NCBI GenBank assembly: GCA_013265495.1 | Contig: MU058540.1 | Span: forward strand, 519,696 to 583,695 | DNA from: Vicugna vicugna | Lineage: Eukaryota | Direction: 5' to 3' | DNA: 64,000 bases | Shown: piece by piece, positions 56,074-64,000 of the stretch | Numbering within the stretch: the stretch's first letter is position 1 | Layout of the letters: every line of letters starts with the position of its first letter | Made by a program: the position numbers and the translations under genes | Notes under the pieces: model-generated | What the model saw: the letters and a program-made list of their open reading frames with translations, nothing else | The model's database searches: none | What the model was told of the DNA's origin: nothing

Positions 56074-59000
56074 GTGAGACTTTGCACCCCCACCAATTCC
56101 CCTCCCAGGCTGCTGAATCCTGGACCTGGGACAGAATCCATTCAACCCACATCTACAGTATCGGGTTAGAAAAGGCTCTGCCTGCAGCCTTCGTGCTGTC
56201 TGTGGACTCCCCCATCGGTTTGAATGATGCTATCTTGGCAGGATGGCCCCTTCTTTCTTTTTCTGGGGGCCACACCCCACTTCTCAGGGGCACACCCACT
56301 TCTGGCAAGGGTCCCATTCTCCCCCGAACTTCCCACCACCCACAAGGCTTTCTTTGTCTGCATGACTGGGTGTTTTCTGAGGGAACAGGGGAGGAAAAGA
56401 GAATCTGTCCAGGCGTTCGGAGGCCCAGGGTGAGAACTCTTTCTCTGTACTGCGGTTTCCTCACCGATGTGGTGAAGGGATTGAACCCCATGGTCCCCAG
56501 ATCCCTTCTCCTGGCCCCGGTCATGGCCTCAGCCCTGGGTGATATGGATGACTCCTGTTCTAGGGAGCTTGTGGCACCCAGACCTGGCTCTGCTCTGTGA
56601 CCTTTGGGCAAGTGCCTTCCCTCTCGGGGCCTCTGTGTCTGGTCAGTGGGCTCCTCAGTCCAGCTGAGAATGAAACGATAGTCTGCTGTCACTGTGCATT
56701 GTGGTGATTACCTGTGAGGCTGAGACAGACAGTTGGGCAGACAGAGCCTGGGTGTGGTGGGCGGGGTGGGAGCAGGCAGGAACATGCCAGGCGGTGCCAC
56801 CTCGTCTGCCCATGTGGCTGCTCCTCTGGGGAGAGAGAGAGAGATCAGCTGGGATTGTCTTTGAGAGGGATGCTGGGAGGCAAGTGGGATTTAAGACAAT
56901 CCTGCAGCATCCTTGGCTGTCTGCCTGCTGGGGGCCTTGCCCATCTGTCCGAATGTGGAGGAGATTGGGGGGTGCCTCCCAGCCTGCAGGGGGCCCCACG
57001 TCTATCATTCTGCTCCTGCTTTCATCACAGGCCTCTGAGTGGGGGCTTTGCCTGGGGAGATCTTAGGTCAGGACGTGCCTGGATGTGTGGAACCCACCTC
57101 TGGCACTGAACTTTCCTCACTACCCTAGACCCTTCTGTCCTGTGTGGCCTCTCACCTCATCCTCTACTCCTCGACCCTCTCATTCCCTCCAGCCACAGCA
57201 GTCCCTCTGCTGTTCCTCATATTTATCGGCTATGCTCTTGATAAACATGGGGGTTTCGGGGGATTTGTGCAGGCTCCCTGTTTGGAGGCGCAGCTCTGAC
57301 CATGCTTGTCCCTGGGCCCTGAAGTTGGGAGTGAGTAGAGACAGGGGGCCTGGGGCTTTCCTGGAGGCAGATAGAGGAAAGCTTTGCAGCTGCTGCTGGG
57401 GGGGGGGCAAATTTCTGCCCTAGATGAGGGATTTGGGTGAGTTCTTGAGAAGAACTCATTCTGGAGGGGGTGGTGAGGGTCCCCAGGGTGGGCTGTGTCA
57501 GGGCAGAGAGGGGACTGGGGCTGAGAGGAGCAGGTGCATGGTGTGTCGAGGTGTGTGCCACCAGCTGTGTGGTGTGATCCTGGTGACAGGGAAGGGGGTG
57601 TGGCCAAGAAAGATCTGCCCCCGGGGTTCCGGTAGACAGAGTTTGGGGCCAATTTTTGACAACAAAAAAGCTATTTAGCAGAACAAATGCTCCTTTGACT
57701 TCTTGTCCTCCTCCCCATCGTTCAGTCCCACTCCCTCCTTTCTCTTCCTCTCCATTTTCCCAAAGCTCTGAAGTAGGGCCTGCCCAGGATCAGGGGCTGC
57801 CTGGGGTCCTCGTGGCTTCGCTGGGCCCAGCCAGCTTGGGAGATGCCAGAGGGACTCAGCCTCCAGCCTCTAGCTGTCTCTGCCCTCTGGCCTGGCCTGC
57901 AGTGTCTTGGTGAGGCAGGCAGAGGTCCCTCTGGACCCCCTGTGGCCCTATTTGGACCTGAGAAGAGCCCATCTTCTGGGACAGAACCAGGTCTCCCCAT
58001 GTGGCCCCATGGCTGGCGGGTACAGGTTGGAGCCTGGGAACTTGGGACGAGAGATGTGGACTCTTCAGCTTTGAAACTGAAGCTAGAGATGAGAAAGTTG
58101 GAGCTTGGCCTCCAGCTCTGGAGTCCTCACTCTCTTTGTTCTGTGTTTCTCCTACAAATAGCTGGGCCCTGGAGGGAGGTTCCAGCAAGGGTGAGGAGGC
58201 TATGGCAGGCATTTTAGAAGCTTGCTAGAGGTCATCAGAGATGGCTGTGTCCCGAGGCCTCCAGAGGTGCTGCCCCTGAGCTGGGCTCAGCCATCACTGG
58301 GAACGTGGTCTCTCCCTCTCTCCCCTACAGCTTGTTCCTCCTTCGCCTACTGACCCCAGAGGTCCCCAGGCTGGGCTGGCAAAGCCTGTGAAGCCCCCTG
58401 ACTGCCTCCATCAGCTTCTAGTTAGCACCCTGTTTGTGTTTTCAGCTCCCGCCACCTTCCAAGCCCATCCCAAGCCCTGACATGTTCAGGAAATTCTTTC
58501 CAGAGTTTGCAGGGCCCCTGGGAGGCCCAGACTGCCAGTGCCCCAGTGGGTAAGGCCCCTCTGCCAGCCCAGCCTCCCTGATGTCTGCTTTGCTGTCGGG
58601 GTCTTGGGTTATGGCTGCTCTGAGTCCTGTTGTCCTGGTCAGGCCAGGTCTGGGCGGGTTCCCTCCCACAAGCCCTTCTCTTTCTCCTCCTCCACTCTGG
58701 GCACGGGAGACCCAGTGCAGGACTCACCTCCCAGGCTCCCTCAGGGAAGCTTAGCGCTCACACCCCCAGCTATAGTAACCCCACAAATGTATAGGGGCCA
58801 CTTACCCACCCAGTGGGGGGCAGGTGCCGGGAGGAGGCTGATGAGGTTGCCTCCCTGTGCTTGCAGGCTGGGTACCCTCCACCCAGCCTTGTGCTTCTGC
58901 TCTACCAGTCCATCTTCCAAGCCCGGCTGACTGCTACTTTTATTATTATTAAGACCTGTTTCAACTACACAAAAGTACAGAGGAAAATACACACCCATGA

Positions 59001-59264
59001 ACCCATTATTGAGCTCTGTCAAATCCTTTTTGCAGCGTTTATTTCAGGGCTTTTCATTTTTAAAGAGATAGCATCTTATGCCTGGAGCGGAAGCCCGCTG
59101 ACCCCTCCTCCTTCCTCCCTCCCAGAGGCAGACACTCTCAGAAATGGGTGTTCTGTTATTCAGGGGCCTGTTTTTGTGCTTTCGCTGTTAGTACATAGAG
59201 ATATTTCCATGAATTATATAAGGTATTCTTTCCTATTTTTATAACCTGTGTATTGAAGGTGACC

Positions 59265-59362
59265 CTTTTTTTCCTTAATGGAGGAACTGGGGATTGAACC
59301 CAGGACCTTGTGCGCACCAAGCATACACTCACTCTACCACTGACTACACCCCCCTCACCCCC
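59265..59362 (-). mobile_element. tRNA-derived SINE (Vic-1 type)
   Basis: ggggattgaacccaggaccttg...ctctaccactgactacaccccc; flanked by gaaggtgacc/gaaggtagcc. Confidence 0.8.
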
Positions 59363-60409
59363 GCCGAAGGTAGCCTTTTGTACAAATCTTTCTGCACTTT
59401 TTTCATTCTGCACTGTTTTGGAGATTTACCCATATTGACCTGTGTGGGTCTAGTTCATCTGTTTAATTAAGATATGTAATATTCCACTGGGTGAGTGAAC
59501 TGCAGTCCTTCTATCGCTTCTCCTGTTAGTGGACGTTTTGCTCATTTGTAGTTTTTGGCAATTGCTGCAGTGAGCACTCTGTACATGTATGTCTCCCTAG
59601 CTTGTGGACAGGGTCTCTTGGGTGTGTTCCGAGGGAGGGTGACCTGGGTGGGAGGCAGAAGCCCTTCTGTCTTACAAGGAATGGCCCTGCTGTCTTTCGT
59701 GGGGGCTGTGCACTTTCACCTCTGCCCCTTCTCGACAGACTGGGGTGCACAGCAGGTGACCTTGCTGCACCCCCATCCTTGCCACACTTGGTTTTGTCCC
59801 ACTTTAAATGTCTCCCAGCCTGCTGGGTGTGAAATGGCATCTCACTGTGGTTTTAATTTGCATTCCTCTGACTCCTAGTGAGATGGAGCATCTTTTCATA
59901 TGTTTATCAGCCACTTAAAATTTTGTTCTCAATCTTTTCTTTTCCCTTTTTATAAAAGTAATACAAATACATGCTCTAGGATCGATGCGGAGCAGCGGTG
60001 CCCCCACCCAGTCTCACTCATCTCCTCTCCTCATCTCCAGGGACAACTGTACTGGAGAATCTGATTGGGTAATTTACTCATACAGTTAAAACCTCAAAAC
60101 TTTCTGCAAATATCCATTGAGAGTCTGCGCCCGCTGCCCTCTCCCATCTCGAGACACTCTTGTCCTTTTAGGTAGCTACTTTTTTTAGTTTCTTATGCAT
60201 CCGCCAGGGGTCCTAAGTGCAAATGCAAACATATATTCAGGTTTCCCCCGTCTTTTCACACAGGAGTAGCATTCCATATACACTGTTCTGTTCTTTGCTG
60301 TTTTTACTTTATGCATCTTACTGTGGGTAGATCCTACTGGAGACCTTTCTGTATTACTATATAGAGATCTTGAATTCTCTTTCTTTTTTTCATTTAAAAA
60401 CTCATTTTT

Positions 60410-60536
60410 GGGAGACGGTATAGCTCAGTGGTATAGCACTTGCTTCGCATGCACGAGGTCCTGAATTCAATCCCCAATACCTCCATTAAAAATAAATGAA
60501 TAAACAAATAAACCTAGTTATCCCCCCAAAATAATT
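60410..60536 (+). mobile_element. tRNA-derived SINE (Vic-1 type)
   Basis: ggtatagctcagtggtatagc...gaattcaatcccc; TSD AAAACTCATTTTT (60397-60409 and 60537-60549). Confidence 0.9.
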
Positions 60537-63500
60537 AAAACTCATTTTTTTTCTGTATCCCAGGCAACTGTGAAACAGTGTTCCTACAGATTGCATAGTT
60601 TTAAGCATTTAAAAAATATTTATTGACCTTTAATTGTGGTGAATATCCACACAAAATGTACCATACTAACCATTTTTTAAGGGTCCAGGTCAGTGGCATT
60701 AAGCACACTCTCACTGTTGTGCACCCATCACCACTGTCTATCCACTGAACTGCTTTTCCGCTTGTAAAACTGAAACTCTATACCCATTAAATAATAACTC
60801 CCCATTCCCACCCCATTAACCCCCAACCACCATCTGACTTTCCGTCTCTGTGAATCTGACTATCCCAAGTACCTCGTGTGAGTGGAAGCATACCGTATTT
60901 GTCCTTTTGTGACTGGCTTATTTCACTTAGCGTAATGGCTCCAAGGTGTACCCAGGCTGTAGCATGTGTCAGGACTTCTGACTCTCTCTTACAGCTGCAG
61001 AGCAGTCTACCAAGTAGCTCTGTTGTGATTTATTTAACCAGTTCCCTCTGATGGGCACTTGGGCTGTTTCTAATCATTATCATTCCTGACAGGGCTGCAG
61101 CGAGGACCCTTGTCCCTCATCATTTTGTACATTCTGTGCTCTTAGAATGAATGACCAGCGGTGAGACTGCTGAGTCAGAGGGAGGGGGCGTTTCTGCTTC
61201 TGATCAAGACTGCGGGTTGCTTCCCACTGGGTTTGTACCATTTAGCGCCTCCTCCAACAGTGTATGTAATAGGAGAACGTAATCTCTGACTCTTTACATT
61301 GTTTCTTCTGCTTGCTACCCCATGTCTCTAAATGTTTTGCTTATTCCATGAGAATTTAGCTCACTTGGCTCATTCCACCACTTCCTCTCCCTTCATCTTC
61401 CCAGCAGCATCCTGTCGCTCTGTAGGTCCTCTGTTGTCACCGTTGCAAACCTCAGTATCACAGTCACGGCTTCATTTCTTGTTCTGTCAGCGCTCTGCCC
61501 TAGGTCCGCCTTCCACTGCCGCCTGCCGTGCGCTCTTGCAGTTTTGCAGCATTAAGCCTGAAAAAGCTTTGCACTCTCTTCTGTAACCACAATGGAGTCC
61601 TTGGTGTTTTGTTCTGCAGGTTGAGTTTAAATGTTGAAAAAGATTAAAAGCACATGTTTACAGGGTTTATTCAGAGCTTATGCATTCTTGGGGCTGTATA
61701 ACTTTCTTCTCTGTGCTCTGTACTTGTCTTGAAGCCTCTGCTAGTGCTTTTCAACCTTGGTTGGGGAACAGAACCATTTGGGATTAGTGTTGGTGTGATG
61801 CCTTTAAAAATGCATACTCCCAGGCCTCATCCCAGACCCACCAAGCTCTGTGGGGAACCTGAGAGTTTGTATTTTTTAAAGCTCTCACCACCTCTGGATG
61901 ATTCTATGTACTGTTAGTGATTTTTGTTAGTGCAGTGGTTTTAGTTTCAGGGAATGTGAACTGACTTTATTTAATAAGTGAATATCCTCTTGTCTGCAGC
62001 CTCACCAGTCCTGTGCCCCCTCACACACAGGTACATGCCCCCCAGCACACACAGTCCTTCCTGTAGGAAAGCCCCCTGGAGCCAGACTTTTCTCTTGGCC
62101 TTTGATGCTGCTACTCCTGTGTGGGCCCAGTCTCCTGGCTCCCCTTCCACCCTTTCTTCTCTCTGCCTTCCTGCCCTGCAGCTCGATAAGAAGGAAGGTT
62201 CTGGCCCCTCCTGGGGGTTTTGACAGGGCTGCCTTTGGGCAAAGAGCACAGCAGAGAGAAAGCATGGAGATGTGACAGGGGTGGGTCACAGACATTTTAG
62301 AGGGCTCAAATCATTTATTCATTCAACAGGCATTTTCTGACATGTGTTGTGGGAGGCTGTAAGGGAGGATCTGTGTAAGAGAAAAAGACAAATTTGACAC
62401 GTTCTAGGTAGTAAGTTTCCTAGAAAGATACAGAGGAATCAGGAGCAGAGAGGAATCACTTCTGGCTTCATGCCTCTGCCAGGATGCTCCAGGGCAAGTT
62501 GTTTCATTCAGAAACAGATTCTGACCCATTAGTGGGCTGTCATGGCCCCTTTAATGGGGCTCAACTATCCTTCAAAGAATTGGATAGAATAGCATTAGAA
62601 TTCATCTCCTGTTAAATACGTTCCGTGAGTTTTAAATTTGGTTAGTGAAGCCTTTTTATTTCTAGATATTCTATTTGGTTCTTTTTCACTCCGCTTTGCC
62701 CCTTTTTATAGTTTCCTGTTCTCTGCAGGGATCCTCAAACTTTCATTGAGTTAAGCAGAATAGGCATATCTGTTGTGTCTGAAGTTTTTTTTGCTGTTTT
62801 TAGTGTCTGTCTTGTGGGTTTGTTCTCAGGCCTAGTGTCCGGTTCCCAGGAATTCCAGGGTATCTTTGACTGTAACTTGGTTATTGCATTTGAACATTTG
62901 GACTGAGTGGTTGTGGACTAGGAAGAAGGTACCTTTCTCCAGTGACGGTGTGCATACCCTGTTCCGAGACTCCCGGCGGCACGACCCATCCAAGACCACC
63001 TGAAGCCAAACTTGTGTCTGGGGTTTTTAGCACCATCCATGGGACTCCCGTGGGCCTCTATTTCCTGGAAGGCTGCTCAGCCCTTGCCTGGGTGTGTGGC
63101 CTTTTGGGGTCCCAGCTTATTGAGGGGAGGTCTTCAGTTATATTTCCCACCTTCCCTGGGCCTGGCCGTGGGTACCTACCCCTTCACTGGTAAAGCTGCC
63201 CAAATAAAATCCATGTTTTCTGGACTCAGCAAGTAGCCAAGGCTGAAACTCACTTGGGTGTTTCTATATCTCCCTGGTTTCCCTTTTGATCTTTTCTGCT
63301 CTGCCTGATGGTTCCTTGCTGTCTAGTCCTTTAAGAAGTCATGAAATAATATACATTCGAAAAATCCAGTGGCTTTAGTTGTTTTCTAGTTGGGTTGGTC
63401 CAGAATGGATTATAACTGTGCTTTTCAGCCCGACCAGACCCAGAGCCTGCTCACTATTCCCTGGCACAGAAAGTCTCCGTGTTACTTCAGGAAACAGTGA

Positions 63501-64000
63501 TCCTGACATGAATTTCCTAGGGGAGTCAGGACAGAAGAGCCTGAGAACCTCTGCTCTCGGCGCCCTGGGGCAGCACCTGTCTCTTCCTTTCTCCTCTCTG
63601 GATTGGGTGTGTGTGGGGTGGGGGCTGTGGGGAGACCCAGTTGCTCACGATCGATCGATCACCAGACCTGAGGGCTCCCGGCCTGGCCGCCCTCCCCTGG
63701 TTCCAGGCTCCCTCGGTCCCCTCCTAGCTAAGCGGCGGCGCACTCGCTGCCTCTTCCATTTCTCTCCTGCCTTTCCCACCTCTTGTAACGCCTGGTCCCT
63801 TTCCTCCCTTCAAGGCTAAATTCAAGCCCCACCTCATCACATATCAGAGAGTTGTTTCTAGATTCATGTGCTTCCAACACTCTCTAAGCCCCAGGTTAGG
63901 GGCTGGGGACATGGTGCCCCCAGCGTGGCCCTTCCCGCCTGCCCTCAGTCTGGGGAGGGGGGTGGGTGGTAAAAAATAAGCAGGCCAGCCTGTCAGACTC

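Larger units (their letters stand above)
58940..61270 (-). mobile_element. Cluster of old L1M fragments with later SINE insertions
   Basis: gaaatggcatctcactgtggttttaatttgcatt; gtccttttgtgactggcttatttcacttagc; gatgggcacttgggctgtttc. Confidence 0.7.

Noticed and set aside
55554..56600. 348-aa ORF, the longest in the track
   Set aside because: Only the 71-nt ITPR3 exon 2 (LVDDRC...KKFR) is real; the rest is intron read-through.
56074..64000. ITPR3 exon 3
   Set aside because: No DCLFKVCPMNRY-type exon found; it presumably lies beyond the window.
1..64000. CRISPR arrays, operons or other prokaryote-type systems
   Set aside because: The sequence is spliced mammalian DNA; no repeat-spacer arrays seen.

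Overview
Mammalian genomic DNA, very probably camelid, judged from the Vic-1-type tRNA-derived SINEs. It is the syntenic BAK1 - GGNBP1 - ITPR3 block next to the extended MHC class II region. It contains: (1) a complete, intact BAK1 gene on the minus strand (CDS 15691-12516 in 5 coding exons, 636 nt, 211 aa), with the 20-nt neuronal poison microexon, a long overlapping uORF and several 8mer miRNA sites; (2) GGNBP1 on the plus strand, head-to-head with BAK1, with all six coding exons and canonical splice sites but a frameshift in the first coding exon; (3) the CpG-island promoter and first two coding exons of ITPR3, which continues past the window. The rest is mostly transposon-derived: an old two-LTR MaLR provirus with five solo LTRs nested in it, a young L1 with a duplicated 3' UTR, SINEs, L2, MIR and hAT fragments. 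Most ORFs in the six-frame track are spurious. I found no convincing wholly new biological system. The best leads are the disrupted GGNBP1, the layered post-transcriptional control of BAK1, an LTR-borne CTCF site, an orphan CpG-island promoter and the unusual retrotransposon structures. Gene and repeat-family assignments are from recalled sequences, not database searches.
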